64,000 bases of DNA from Nanobdellota archaeon. Lineage in GTDB: Archaea > Nanobdellota > Nanobdellia > Parvarchaeales > Parvarchaeaceae. The DNA is taken from contig JAJZNV010000014.1 in NCBI GenBank assembly GCA_021852265.1, positions 1,566 to 65,565 on the forward strand. Direction: 5' to 3'. This document shows, in pieces, positions 51,553 to 62,022 of the stretch (positions within the stretch are counted from its first letter, which is position 1; the number at the start of each line of letters is the position of its first letter). Position numbers and translations under genes: made by a program. Under the pieces are notes generated by a model. It did no database searches and had not been told where the DNA came from. It saw only the letters and a list, made by a program, of their open reading frames with translations.

Positions 51553-52632
51553 TTAATTGTTTCCTGTCACCAAGCATATAATATTTTTGTTATTGAGCTT
51601 CGAGGGGCTGCGTTTGTAAAGCTTTAGGAAACCGGCAAATGCTGCTGCGCCGCCTTCTTCTGCATAAATATGCGATTTATGCAGCGTTTTAACTGCATCC
51701 GCTATTTCCTTGTCTTTCACCGCAATCGCCATGCCTTTACTTTTTCTGAGCGCTGAAATGCCTTCAAAACCGAATGTTGGATACCCAACTGCGATGGCAT
51801 CCGCACCCGTATTTGGACTTACATACTGTATTTTTTTATGTACATTAAACGCTCTAACCAATGGATTGCAACCCTCTGCCTGTACGGCAACCAGTCTAGG
51901 TAATCTTTTAATTAGTCCGAAGCGCTTGAACTCTAATAGTCCTTTGTAGATGCCTGCTAATAGTGTGGCGTTTCCTACCGGAAGAACTATAAAATCTATA
52001 GAAGTCTTAGATTGTTCCAGTATTTCATATGCTATACTCTTCTGGCCTTCCTTTCGGTAATGATAATCGCCGCAAAGAAATGCATTATTAACTCTGGCGA
52101 ATAATTCTGCAGTCTCAAGAGCTTTATTAAAGTCTCCCTCAAGTTCGATTATCTCGGCTTTTTGTGCCTTTATCTTATTTATTTTTGCAGGCTTTGCATC
52201 CTTGCTTATGAAGATCCTGCATTTTAGTCCGAACTTTTTTGAATATGTCGCGACGGATAAACCCATGTTCCCGGTTGATGCACAGCAAACCTCTTTAAAC
52301 CCGAGCTCCTTCGCCTTGCTTATCTCAAGCGCAGACCCTCTGTCTTTGAACGAGTGGGTTGGATTTTTAGTTTCTAACTTTAATGCCAGATTCACGCCAG
52401 CAAATTCATATTTCACAAGAGGAGTACCTCCCTCACCCAGCGTAAAAAACTTCCCACTGAGTGGAAACAGTTGCTTATATCTAGAATTTTTTATCTTTGA
52501 CTTATGAAGAGTTATTGATTTTGGATATGCGTATGACACTTCAAGTATTGATTTGCATTTATTGCACCTGAATATCGGATTTTTAGGGCCATATTCTTCG
52601 TCGCAACTGGAACATTTTAAAATGTATCGCAT
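51553..52632 (-). CDS. thrC: Threonine synthase (PLP fold type II) with N-terminal Zn ribbon
   Basis: TLGEGGTPL, NPTHSFKDRG, ASTGN and PVGNA. Confidence 0.88.
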   Translation of the reverse strand: MRYILKCSSCDEEYGPKNPIFRCNKCKSILEVSYAYPKSITLHKSKIKNSRYKQLFPLSGKFFTLGEGGTPLVKYEFAGVNLALKLETKNPTHSFKDRGSALEISKAKELGFKEVCCASTGNMGLSVATYSKKFGLKCRIFISKDAKPAKINKIKAQKAEIIELEGDFNKALETAELFARVNNAFLCGDYHYRKEGQKSIAYEILEQSKTSIDFIVLPVGNATLLAGIYKGLLEFKRFGLIKRLPRLVAVQAEGCNPLVRAFNVHKKIQYVSPNTGADAIAVGYPTFGFEGISALRKSKGMAIAVKDKEIADAVKTLHKSHIYAEEGGAAAFAGFLKLYKRSPSKLNNKNIICLVTGNN

Positions 52633-52701
52633 AACTGCTATACACGTCATTAACTAATAAAGTTATTTAGTCAGTATAGCCAAGAATTAACTAATTTGAG
52701 T

Positions 52702-53406
52702 CTATAATCCAATATCGGATACATTATGATTTTTCCCATGTGAAACGCATATAAGATCTGGGTTAAGGTCTCTGATCTTTTTTACACTCCCCAAGAGCGC
52801 GATGTAATCATCATAGAACTTCGGCGCAATCAACTTATCCGTGTTTCCAAACATAAGGTCACCGACGATTACAGTCTTTGAGTCGGCGAGGTATATCGAG
52901 ATGGAATCCTGAGTGTGCCCCGGCGTCTCAAGAACTCTTGCATTTAGGTGCATATGTTTTGGAAAAATGCCCTCCTTCAGGATCATATCTGGTTTTACAA
53001 ATTTTGGCTTTTTGGCACCGACAAACCGTTTGGCTATCTTCAGCATTATTCTTGTTTTCAAATTTTTTGCTTTTGAGGCATCTGGAAACTCTAAACCGGA
53101 TGAGCCGTCTACAAAGCCGATACCCCTCTCATTAATACCTAACATTGCATTCGAAAGCTTTTTTATATCTGCTGCGCTGCCCATATGGTCTATATGCGCA
53201 TGGGTGAGCAGGATATATTTAACATCGGAAACTGATTTACCTATACTGTTGATATAACTAACTATCTTCTGCTGACTGTTCGGCATGCCAGTATCAACGA
53301 GGATTAAACTGCCATCCATTGCCTCGAGGAGAAAAACTTTTACACTTCCTAAGTATATCTCATGAAGTGACTGATTTATTTTTTGCCCTAATAGTCTATT
53401 TTCCAT
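52702..53406 (-). CDS. MBL-fold metallo-hydrolase
   Basis: LVDTG, THAHIDH, TPGHT, GD and SHG. Confidence 0.9.
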   Translation of the reverse strand: MENRLLGQKINQSLHEIYLGSVKVFLLEAMDGSLILVDTGMPNSQQKIVSYINSIGKSVSDVKYILLTHAHIDHMGSAADIKKLSNAMLGINERGIGFVDGSSGLEFPDASKAKNLKTRIMLKIAKRFVGAKKPKFVKPDMILKEGIFPKHMHLNARVLETPGHTQDSISIYLADSKTVIVGDLMFGNTDKLIAPKFYDDYIALLGSVKKIRDLNPDLICVSHGKNHNVSDIGL

Positions 53407-53509
53407 CTAATTCATTAAGTTTTGCAGCTTATAAATCTTGGGCTCAGAAGCTACCCTTATCATCATCGTTTCCTCAGAAGGTGTTCACTTAATCATCGCC
53501 CGTTTATGC

Positions 53510-54094
53510 CTAGCCCGGAAAGCTCGGAACGCTACCCGAATTATTAGTACTACCTGTTTGTCCACTGTAATATATAAGTATGAAGTTTGTGGTTGAGGAG
53601 ATCGAATTCAACTTGATCTGGGACAACGAAACGTTACCTGGTGAGATACTGCCATAGCCCGTGTACGGAAGTGCGGAATTGGTCCCGGTTATTGTGAATA
53701 GCTCCCACGAAGCAGTTGCATTGTTGCATAAGTCCCTCAAAAATTGCTTTGAGGTGACACAGATTAATCGCCCTCCCGACTCTACATACGAAAGATTTGC
53801 ACTCGACAGTATAAAATTTGTTAATTCCAGCAGATTTGTTGCATTGGTGCTCGCAGTTATACTAGAGACGGGAGTTTGTGCTATTCCCCCCAGATCAGAA
53901 ACATTAATATTTGAGAATCTTGCAGGCGATAGTGAATAAAATACTGATGTTGAATTTATTAGATTATTTGGAGTGAGTATTTCATATGATAGAGGTGTCG
54001 AATTTGGGACTTGCGGAATAAAGAATATTATCGAACCAACAAATGCCACTGCTATCATGATTGCAACTATCTGTTTCAGTCTCCTATTTACCAT
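53510..54094 (-). CDS. Membrane-anchored hypothetical protein
   Basis: N-terminal TM helix and S/T/N-rich ectodomain. Confidence 0.75.
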   Translation of the reverse strand: MVNRRLKQIVAIMIAVAFVGSIIFFIPQVPNSTPLSYEILTPNNLINSTSVFYSLSPARFSNINVSDLGGIAQTPVSSITASTNATNLLELTNFILSSANLSYVESGGRLICVTSKQFLRDLCNNATASWELFTITGTNSALPYTGYGSISPGNVSLSQIKLNSISSTTNFILIYYSGQTGSTNNSGSVPSFPG

Positions 54095-54111
54095 GATTTA
54101 TTATCTATTAA

Positions 54112-55431
54112 TCACTTTATTAGAACGTAACCGAGTAGGGATACTGCTATTATTATCGCCAAGCCCACCAAAAATGCCGCGGGCGATAAAAGTATAAGCG
54201 CTATAAGCAAAATTCCGACAAAAATACCGAACGCCGCTCTAGCACGATCCCGTGTTCTTACGTAATGGTATCCATAGCCTATCGCAAAGAAAACGAAAGC
54301 GGATGCAAAGGAAAGCGCACTAAGGATTATTATAGGTATATAGATAAATAAGGCCCCAGGCACTAATGTTACTATATTAGAGAATATAGTTATAAGTGCA
54401 ATCGGCACTGCTGCGGTTATTAATAACTTCAGGTTCTGATCATTTATTAAGAATCTGGGCATTAACCCGTCTCTTGCCATATCGCCGAGGGTATGATTGG
54501 CGGCGTTTATAACTGTTAATGCCATTGTCAATATCACGACTATAGAAAGACCAATTATTATATCTTCAAAGGTAGTGCCTAGGCCGGAGGTCAATACATT
54601 GGCGGTGAATACACTGACTGGATTTAATTGTATGCTTGAAAGATTAATACCGGAGCTGTTCCAGAAGACAAGAAGCTGCATTACTGCAAATATGACTATC
54701 GCACTGAAAAGAACATATATCAATACTCGCGCAACCTTCGAGCGGTCCTTTCCTCTATAAGCGATTGCTACACTCTCAAATCCACCATACATCCAAAGGA
54801 ACAAAAGGATAGCCAGCGCAAATGGTGCAAAGGTATAGGCTGGAAAACTTATTGAAGTACTAGCAGAATTGATTCCATTTCTAAACACTGCTATTGCACC
54901 CACCACTATAAGCAGTAAAACAAAGAAAATTTTAAGCGCACCGGCAAAGTTTATAGTGCGTCGAGTATGATTATAGAAGAGCAGCACCCACATAAATAGG
55001 AAAATGACGTCCACTATTGCTATGGCGACATAAACATCTACACCGAAAAATTCTGACAGTTCTCCTACAGATGCAATGCCTGCTGCAGTTATAGTTATGA
55101 TAAAGGAAATCAGCATCAGAAAACCAAATATGAATGAGTATTCTTTATTTGAAGTAACCTTTAAGAAATTATATGGATCGTGACTGTGAGTCAAAGATAT
55201 ATCATATATTAAAACCGCAATCAGCAGTGCAATGAAACCTGCACCAATTACTAAGTAAACTGATAGAGGCCCTCCATAGACAAGTGAAACGAAAATCGGC
55301 AGTATCAGGATCCCAAGCCCTATTATACCTGCAAGCCCATGTAAGTATAACTCGGAAACCGAGTGTTCTTTCGAAGCTTTCGCGGCTTTAACCTGTCTTT
55401 TTGCCTTAGTTCTCCTAGTGGATTTTGGCAT
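54112..55431 (-). CDS. APC-family amino acid permease
   Basis: GIIGLGILILP (TM1), YGGFE (TM6) and MARDGLMP; ~12 TMs. Confidence 0.88.
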   Translation of the reverse strand: MPKSTRRTKAKRQVKAAKASKEHSVSELYLHGLAGIIGLGILILPIFVSLVYGGPLSVYLVIGAGFIALLIAVLIYDISLTHSHDPYNFLKVTSNKEYSFIFGFLMLISFIITITAAGIASVGELSEFFGVDVYVAIAIVDVIFLFMWVLLFYNHTRRTINFAGALKIFFVLLLIVVGAIAVFRNGINSASTSISFPAYTFAPFALAILLFLWMYGGFESVAIAYRGKDRSKVARVLIYVLFSAIVIFAVMQLLVFWNSSGINLSSIQLNPVSVFTANVLTSGLGTTFEDIIIGLSIVVILTMALTVINAANHTLGDMARDGLMPRFLINDQNLKLLITAAVPIALITIFSNIVTLVPGALFIYIPIIILSALSFASAFVFFAIGYGYHYVRTRDRARAAFGIFVGILLIALILLSPAAFLVGLAIIIAVSLLGYVLIK

Positions 55432-55480
55432 ATTAAATTAACGTGAGAGTTAGTATAAATACTTAGCTAGATTCGTCGCA

Positions 55481-55752
55481 CGAAGGCTTAAGCCTTACCT
55501 CGCCAGCCACCGAGAAGGATATACCTCAAAAGAGGATACTTATCTCGCCCCATCTTGTATTCTTCAAAACTGTTGTACTATTTAACCGGTCTACCGGTTT
55601 CTTTAGCAATAATGGTAGTTGGCATAGAGTATCGAACCGAATAGAAGATTACACTGCCACATCTACGCAAAATAACTTCTAATTTCATTTGTATGGTAAG
55701 GTTACCACTGCTTAACTGATTAATTTTCCCTTTTGAAGAGCACCATCTGCTC
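55481..55752 (+). ncRNA. Candidate structured non-coding RNA (unidentified)
   Basis: ORF-free 320-bp gap with at least six stems. G-U wobbles favour the + strand. TATAAAT at 55454. Confidence 0.35.
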
Positions 55753-57140
55753 TACAGGTATTTGCTCTCTTTCTTGCCTGCTTCTGTAAGTTTAACAAAC
55801 TGTGCATTCTTCCTGAACTCTTCCAGATTCCTAGAATTTAGATATGTCATTGCCGATTTTACCCCGCCCACTAGATTTGTTACTATTTTTGTTACACTTC
55901 CTCTATAGGGTACTAAGGTTTCTGTGCCTTCCGGAGTATATCCTTCTAAATCGGCAGTTTCATTTGTCCTTAACGATTTGTCAGAGAATGCGTCTATTGA
56001 AGCCATCCCTCTATAAAACTTATAATTTGTGCTTGATTTTGTGACTATCACACCGGGACTCTCGTCCGTTCCTGCGAAAAGCCCCCCAATCATCGCCACA
56101 CTGGCCCCTGCCGCAATAGCCTTTGATAAGTCGGCGGACTTCTGAATACCTCCGTCTGCAATCACGGGTATTCCATTCTTTGCGCATTCCATTATTGCAC
56201 TAAGTTGTGGATAACCGACACCAGCAACGGGGCGTGTTAGGCAGGCACCACCAGGACCTATCCCTATCTTGACACAATCCGCGCCTGCCTTTTTGAGATT
56301 TAGAACTCCCTCTTTCGTTGCGATATTCCCGGCGATTACTTCAACTCCGAATTTTTTCTTTACGGTCTTTACTACATTGGCTGTTTTTTCTAAATAGCCA
56401 TTCGCTACATCTACCACTATGAAATCTGCACCTGCGGTAATCAGTGCATCCGTACGCTGTAAATAGTCGGAGCCTATGCCTATTGACCCTCCAACGATGA
56501 GGCGCCCTTGTTTATCTTTGGAAGCAACGCCATAACTTTCAGCCATCTTTATATCCTTCGCAGTTATCATGCCGACCAGATTATTGTTGGAATCAACTAA
56601 TGGAAGTTTTTCTTTCTTATTCTTTAACAGTATCTTCTTAGCTTCGTCTATTGAAGTGCCTGCCTTTGCTGTTATGACGTCGTGTGTCATCATCTCTTCC
56701 ACTCTTTTTTCGTCATCAGTCTCAAACTGAAAATCCCGTTTTGTTATTATACCAACTAACTTTTTGCCTTTCAAAACTGGAAAACTACTGACGCCCTTGT
56801 CATGGATTAGTTCCTTGAGCTGTTTTAATGTAAACTCGGGCGCAACCACGTATGGCTGACTTATTATTACGTTCTGTTCCCGTTTTACCTTTGAGACTTC
56901 CTCGGCTTCCTTTTCGATAGTATTAAATCTGTGAATCGCACCAACGCCGCCCATCCTAGCCATCGCTATCGCCATTTGAGATTCCGTCACTGTATCCATA
57001 TTTGAACTCATAATCGGGATAGAAAGTTTTATCTTTTCCGTCAGTTGTGTTGTCGTATCAACCTCTTTTCTTGATGAAACATTAGATACTCTTGGAATTA
57101 AAAGAACATCATCGAATGTTAGTAACTGCCTAATCTCCAT
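55752..57140 (-). CDS. guaB: IMP dehydrogenase with CBS pair
   Basis: [36 protein letters not shown] and YRGMAS. Confidence 0.95.
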   Translation of the reverse strand: MEIRQLLTFDDVLLIPRVSNVSSRKEVDTTTQLTEKIKLSIPIMSSNMDTVTESQMAIAMARMGGVGAIHRFNTIEKEAEEVSKVKREQNVIISQPYVVAPEFTLKQLKELIHDKGVSSFPVLKGKKLVGIITKRDFQFETDDEKRVEEMMTHDVITAKAGTSIDEAKKILLKNKKEKLPLVDSNNNLVGMITAKDIKMAESYGVASKDKQGRLIVGGSIGIGSDYLQRTDALITAGADFIVVDVANGYLEKTANVVKTVKKKFGVEVIAGNIATKEGVLNLKKAGADCVKIGIGPGGACLTRPVAGVGYPQLSAIMECAKNGIPVIADGGIQKSADLSKAIAAGASVAMIGGLFAGTDESPGVIVTKSSTNYKFYRGMASIDAFSDKSLRTNETADLEGYTPEGTETLVPYRGSVTKIVTNLVGGVKSAMTYLNSRNLEEFRKNAQFVKLTEAGKKESKYL

Positions 57141-57234
57141 ATAAACCAAAGTCTTTATGTATTTCGGTTTTAAATATATTTCGGCTCAAAAAAGAATGCT
57201 TATATTAAGACGGGGGCGTATCTATATCAGTTAC

Positions 57235-57322
57235 GGGCCGATGGCGCAATTGGCAACGCGCTCCCCTTGCAAGGTTTTCCCAACAGCGGGAGAGACTCCG
57301 GGCTCAAATCCCGGTCGGTCCA
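57235..57322 (+). tRNA. tRNA-Ala(TGC) with 15-nt intron at 37/38 (57272-57286); C54
   Basis: GGGCCGA/TCGGTCC-A with G3:U70; CTCCC-CT-TGC-A|intron|C-GGGAG; CCGGG-CTCAAAT-CCCGG. Confidence 0.93.
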
Positions 57323-57410
57323 CTTTTTTAGATATAATATTTGTGGGACTATTTTGTATTCCAAAAATATTTAAGCTTAGCACGGTTTTAGTACTTATCT
57401 AAATTATAAT

Positions 57411-57665
57411 ATGTACGTATCTCTTTTTGGAAAAAACCTTAGAAAAGTAACGGCGGAACTGATTGCTTCTGCAGTCATAATATCTTTCATTGAAGAATTT
57501 GCGCTGATGCGTGCTGGATTTTTAGCTATACATGGATTACTAGATTTCTTTGCGATAACTGCGATACTGGCAGTAATTGAGCTTATACTGATGTTTATGG
57601 TGGAAGAATTCCTTATCGCTGCAAAACACGTAGTTAAGAAAAGAATAAAAAGAAGACGTTCTTAA
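57411..57665 (+). CDS. Small 2-TM membrane protein
   Basis: Two hydrophobic helices and a basic C-terminal tail. Confidence 0.7.
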   Translation: MYVSLFGKNLRKVTAELIASAVIISFIEEFALMRAGFLAIHGLLDFFAITAILAVIELILMFMVEEFLIAAKHVVKKRIKRRRS

Positions 57666-57707
57666 TTGTGCATTTGAGTGTATCTCCGGGCGCTTTTTAA
57701 AATTAGA

Positions 57708-57783
57708 TGGGTCGCCTGAGATTTGAACTCAGGATCTCTCGATTATCAGTCGAGTGCTCTAAGCCGGGCTGAGCTAGCGACCC
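57708..57783 (-). tRNA. tRNA-Ile(GAT)
   Basis: GGGTCGC/GCGACCC-A; CTCGA-CTGATAA-TCGAG; GTTCAAATC. Confidence 0.96.
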
Positions 57784-57823
57784 ATGTTAAGCTTTTAATT
57801 CCTTAAGCATAAATGCTTTACTT

Positions 57824-58372
57824 TTAACCAAGCACTGCTCTTACGCCATTTTGAATAACGGTGTATAAGACCGATCCGCCACCGGTGCCTATCACGAGAT
57901 ACACCATAACGATTATTATAGCGGCATCGATTAGTATTGGGATAATATCCAATACGGGTATCCAAAAAGTCACAAAAAATATCTTCGTAAGAACCAGTCT
58001 GATTACCTGTATTATAAGTATTATCAGAAGCGTGGATTCTGACACTAGCGTCATCGCCTGTACAGTTGAACTACTATGTAAACCCAAAGTAACCACCCCG
58101 TACATTAACGCCCCCGGCAACCCGGTTGCAAGCAGTAAAAATGCGCTTAGTATAGCAGACACTGATCCCTGTCCATAAAATGCGGCTGCAAGTGCAGCCC
58201 CCAACAACAAAAGGGCGATAATAATCTCGGATTTAAGTTTTTTAGGTACTAAGTCTGCAATAAGAAGTATGAGAAGATAGCCTATCAGCCAGATTGCATT
58301 CAGGTGCAGGGCTACATATGCAAATATTGTACCGATTATACCGAATGAGTATACATAGTCCAGCACACGCAT
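57824..58372 (-). CDS. Multi-pass membrane hypothetical protein
   Basis: 182 aa, almost entirely hydrophobic. Confidence 0.75.
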   Translation of the reverse strand: MRVLDYVYSFGIIGTIFAYVALHLNAIWLIGYLLILLIADLVPKKLKSEIIIALLLLGAALAAAFYGQGSVSAILSAFLLLATGLPGALMYGVVTLGLHSSSTVQAMTLVSESTLLIILIIQVIRLVLTKIFFVTFWIPVLDIIPILIDAAIIIVMVYLVIGTGGGSVLYTVIQNGVRAVLG

Positions 58373-58440
58373 AACCTACTTTAAGATACCTGCGTTAATA
58401 TGTCTTAAAAACAATTAAATACATGGTAATTTAGTATAAC

Positions 58441-59631
58441 ATGAACAAAAATATCACAATCTATCGCAGCCACACAACTCCTATTGAAAAGCAGAAAGTG
58501 GAGATAGTTGAACGAAAAGGGTTGGGGCATCCAGATTTTATGGCCGATTCTATTAGCGAAACGTTCTCCAGAAATTTATCAAGGTACTATCTAAGTAATT
58601 TTAATAGGATACTGCACCATAATGTCGACAAACTTGAGGTTATAGGGGGTGAGACATCACCGAAGTTCGGAGGGGGAAAAGTAATCAAACCGATCTCAAT
58701 ACTGTTCTCCGGCCGCGCAACCAGCGCATTTGAAGGAAAAACGATACCTGTGGAAGATATAGCAATAGATTCCTCAAAAATGTGGTTAAAGGATAACATG
58801 CGATTCTTGGACCCGGAAGGCGTACGATACATTTTTGAAACGAAAAGCGGCTCAGCTAATTTATCCAGTGCATTTGACCGGAAAGGAAAAATAGGCTCCA
58901 ACGACACTTCCTTTGGTGTTGGATATGCACCATTGAGCGATGCAGAGAAAACTGTTCTCGAAATCGAGAAATTCACCAATTCAAAGTCATTCAAAGATAA
59001 ATTTCCTTTTTCTGGAGAAGACGTAAAAGTCATGTGCGTAAGGCGAGGAAATAAGATTGAGATAACTATGGCGATGGCATTTGTAGACAGATATATCAAT
59101 TCTGTTTCTGATTATTTCGATAAAAAATCGGCTGTGCTAGTTGAGCTAAACAAAAAATTCGAGTTTACGGAACTAAATCGTAAGATAAAGATAAGCTTAA
59201 ATGGTATGGATAGCAAAAAACTCGGTTTATCCGGCTGTTACCTAACTGTGACTGGCTCGAGTGCTGAGCACGGTGATGATGGTGCAGTAGGCAGAGGAAA
59301 CCGTGCAAATGGATTGATAACGCCTAACCGGCCGATGAGCCTAGAAGCAACTGCTGGAAAAAATCCTGTAAACCATATCGGTAAGATATACAACCTGTTC
59401 TCTATCGAGCTTTCTAAACGTTTATACGAATTGTATAACGTAGCCGTAAATGTTAGAACAGTCGGACGAATAGGCAGGCCACTGGAGGAACCACTTGTGC
59501 TATCAATTGAAACGACTAACAAAATCGACTATGATATTAAAAAGAGAATGCTATCAACGATTGGTGAAGAGCTTTCTAATATAAAAGATATTACGGATAA
59601 ATTATTAAACAATAAATTGTCCGTCTGCTAG
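58441..59631 (+). CDS. mat: Archaeal-type S-adenosylmethionine synthetase
   Basis: [37 protein letters not shown] and [10 protein letters not shown]. Confidence 0.96.
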   Translation: MNKNITIYRSHTTPIEKQKVEIVERKGLGHPDFMADSISETFSRNLSRYYLSNFNRILHHNVDKLEVIGGETSPKFGGGKVIKPISILFSGRATSAFEGKTIPVEDIAIDSSKMWLKDNMRFLDPEGVRYIFETKSGSANLSSAFDRKGKIGSNDTSFGVGYAPLSDAEKTVLEIEKFTNSKSFKDKFPFSGEDVKVMCVRRGNKIEITMAMAFVDRYINSVSDYFDKKSAVLVELNKKFEFTELNRKIKISLNGMDSKKLGLSGCYLTVTGSSAEHGDDGAVGRGNRANGLITPNRPMSLEATAGKNPVNHIGKIYNLFSIELSKRLYELYNVAVNVRTVGRIGRPLEEPLVLSIETTNKIDYDIKKRMLSTIGEELSNIKDITDKLLNNKLSVC

Positions 59632-59639
59632 CCTTATTT

Positions 59640-60725
59640 ATGACAATGGACGAATTTGAGACTCTGAACCTTATAAAATACTTAGAAGGGATAAGGGGCC
59701 GGCATACGGAACTGGTTACAGTTTATGTACCTGCGGGATTTAATTTAGACATAATACGTGGACAGCTTTCAGAAGAAAAAAATACTGCCTCTAATATTAA
59801 GGATAGAAACAACAGAAAAAATGTCGTTGATGCTCTAGAGAAAATATCAAATGAGCTAAGACTTATACGATTAACCCCTGTTAATGGATTGATTGTATTT
59901 TGCGGCAATGTTTCTGAACGGGAAGGAGAACCAGATATAAAGATATGGGATGTCGAACCGCCGCAAAAATCGGACATAAGATTGTATCGCTGCGACCAGC
60001 ATTTCATAATAGAACCATTAAAGGCGATGTACCGCCAGGGTAACGCTTACGGACTAATAGTTCTGGATAATAGAGAGGCTACTTTTGGGGTTCTTGAGGG
60101 TGCAAATATAACCGCATTGAAACACATAAAATCTTTGGTACCGGGAAAATTCTCAAAAGGGGGCCAGTCTGCACAGCGATTTGCGAGGGAGAGAGAGGGC
60201 TTAATAAGAGATTTCTATAAAGAAATAGCAAATACTGCTAAATCCTTATTTTTTGAAGAAAACCTGTCAGGCATACTTGTCGGAGGACCTGGCCCTGCAA
60301 AAGAGAATTTTCTAGATAGCGGATATCTTGTAACTGACCTCAAGAAAAGGGTCAAAGGCATTAAAAGCATAAGCTATACCGATGAAAGTGGCCTGAAAGA
60401 GCTTGTGGAAAAAAGCAAGGATGTCTTGGCTAACGAAAGGGCTTTCATAGAAAAGGAGCTAGTACAAAAGGTCATGGCCAGTATAGCGCGAAATGACAAT
60501 TTGTCTGCATACGGCGAAATGGCAGTAAGGAAGGAGATAGCGGCGAACAATGTGGAACTCCTGCTGCTATCTTCCGGCTTAGAAGACACCATAAAAAATG
60601 AATTCTACTATGCTGCAAAGAAAGGGGATGTCCGGGTCGAATTTATTTCAAAGGAGTCTAGTGACGGCGCACAGCTTTACAGCCTTGGAGGAGTTGCAGC
60701 TATACTCCGAAGACCCTCAAAATAA
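59640..60725 (+). CDS. prf1: Peptide chain release factor aRF1
   Basis: ASNIKD, YRCD, GGQSAQRF and GGVAAILR. Confidence 0.96.
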   Translation: MTMDEFETLNLIKYLEGIRGRHTELVTVYVPAGFNLDIIRGQLSEEKNTASNIKDRNNRKNVVDALEKISNELRLIRLTPVNGLIVFCGNVSEREGEPDIKIWDVEPPQKSDIRLYRCDQHFIIEPLKAMYRQGNAYGLIVLDNREATFGVLEGANITALKHIKSLVPGKFSKGGQSAQRFAREREGLIRDFYKEIANTAKSLFFEENLSGILVGGPGPAKENFLDSGYLVTDLKKRVKGIKSISYTDESGLKELVEKSKDVLANERAFIEKELVQKVMASIARNDNLSAYGEMAVRKEIAANNVELLLLSSGLEDTIKNEFYYAAKKGDVRVEFISKESSDGAQLYSLGGVAAILRRPSK

Positions 60726-60812
60726 TTTTGTGTGTCGATACTTGTTATTTATAACCTTCGAGTTCGAAGCCTTTGTCCAAAAAGTTAAATAGTTGGTTAT
60801 TCTTTAAAGGGT

Positions 60813-61391
60813 ATGGACTTAATGCTTGCAGATAGCAAAATATTACAGCATATAATTGAGGATTCACTTAAGCATAGTGTGGGTGAAGAAGGTGCAGAGA
60901 AGTTATACGCAACCTTGAGACTCAGAGATGAAAAAGCAAACAATTTGTTTAAAAGTCTGAATGAAATGCTGGCTAAGGGTGGCTACAGCTTAAAAATGAA
61001 GGATGTCTTTGAAAGACTTACTGAAGAGTTGTCTTCACGGGTGGATATGAAGATTACGCCCGATAGTATTTCATTGGTGCAAGAAGGTAGCGATTATGTG
61101 AATGTGGAGCTATCGAACAGATTCGATGTTCCGTTGGTATTTGATGTCACTCTTGAAGACAGAGATAACTTTCTACCAGTGATATTCAATAAAATAGAAG
61201 GTACGTATTTCAATAATTTTTCGATGGAAAAAGTAGTTGACACTGGTGATATCGCAAAATTCAGATTCAAAATTGGGTGGGACGGAATGAGCAAAGCCAA
61301 CGGAACCACGCTATTTGTAGTTATTCGATCTAGGGACATTGAGGGATTAAACCGTATAGGTAAAATGCACCTTAATTTTATAAAATCTTAG
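60813..61391 (+). CDS. Hypothetical protein (helical N-half, Ig-like beta C-half)
   Basis: 192-aa ATG-start ORF; no motif recognised. Confidence 0.72.
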   Translation: MDLMLADSKILQHIIEDSLKHSVGEEGAEKLYATLRLRDEKANNLFKSLNEMLAKGGYSLKMKDVFERLTEELSSRVDMKITPDSISLVQEGSDYVNVELSNRFDVPLVFDVTLEDRDNFLPVIFNKIEGTYFNNFSMEKVVDTGDIAKFRFKIGWDGMSKANGTTLFVVIRSRDIEGLNRIGKMHLNFIKS

Positions 61392-61501
61392 CTTTTCTTA
61401 GTATAGCCGTCCAAAACCTTAGAAAGTCTTATACTATCCAAAGCCTGTAGTCGCCTAGCTCCCCTTTTTTTTGCTCTGTGTTTAAATGCTAATTTTGCCA
61501 T
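61388..61501 (-). CDS. Small basic protein (37 aa)
   Basis: MAKLAFKHRAKKRGARRLQALDSIRLSKVLDGYTKKS. ATG is 1 nt after the endA stop and the ORF fills the whole gap. Confidence 0.55.
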   Translation of the reverse strand: MAKLAFKHRAKKRGARRLQALDSIRLSKVLDGYTKKS

Positions 61502-61502
61502 A

Positions 61503-62021
61503 TTATATTTTAATCCACCCTATCTCGTAATACGTCACCGCGTCCTCATCATCAACCACTGCAAATAGCGCCTTTTTTCTGACGCTATGTGCGACCCTAT
61601 TAATTGCTGCAAAACTCGAAAGTGGCATAGACTCGTGTTCAGTCGCTGCGTACAATATCCAAGTCGCGTGAGCTTCTCCAGGGTGATCGCCTTTGTTGTA
61701 TACTCTAAAGTCGCCACCATATTTAAATGCTGTTTTCGGAAGATATCCCTCCGCACGCAGGTCCTTAAGCACCGAATAACGCACCCAAAACTTCTTTTGT
61801 CTTTTTTCTGCGGTGTCCAAAAATGATCGCTTGGTTAATTTTTTGCCAGTGTTGTCGTATATATCTAAACCTTTTACCTCCATAAGGTAAAATGCCTCTT
61901 CGAGGGACAGTATCAGTTTCCCATTTTCAAACTCTCCGAAGTAGCCTTTATTGAACGTTTTTGACGCAAGCTTCTGATCAAAGATTATGACTCTATCACG
62001 ACGGAGGATAGTTTTTTCCAT
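61503..62021 (-). CDS. endA: tRNA-splicing endonuclease (single catalytic unit)
   Basis: LSLEEAFYL, KYGGDFRVY, H in GEAHA, RVAHSVRKK (Tyr/His/Lys triad). Confidence 0.95.
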   Translation of the reverse strand: MEKTILRRDRVIIFDQKLASKTFNKGYFGEFENGKLILSLEEAFYLMEVKGLDIYDNTGKKLTKRSFLDTAEKRQKKFWVRYSVLKDLRAEGYLPKTAFKYGGDFRVYNKGDHPGEAHATWILYAATEHESMPLSSFAAINRVAHSVRKKALFAVVDDEDAVTYYEIGWIKI

Positions 62022-62022
62022 T

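Noticed and set aside
55471-55496. Weak resemblance of AAGCCTTCGTGCGACGAA (minus strand) to group II intron domain V
   Set aside because: The complementary 3' half and domain VI are absent.
57157-57402. 81-aa ORF in the track (likewise 25525-25707 and 17896-18114)
   Set aside because: They overlap tRNA genes; spurious.
59640-60725. aRF1 NIKD instead of NIKS as a sign of stop-codon reassignment
   Set aside because: This position varies in archaea, and TAA, TAG and TGA all terminate conserved genes in the window.
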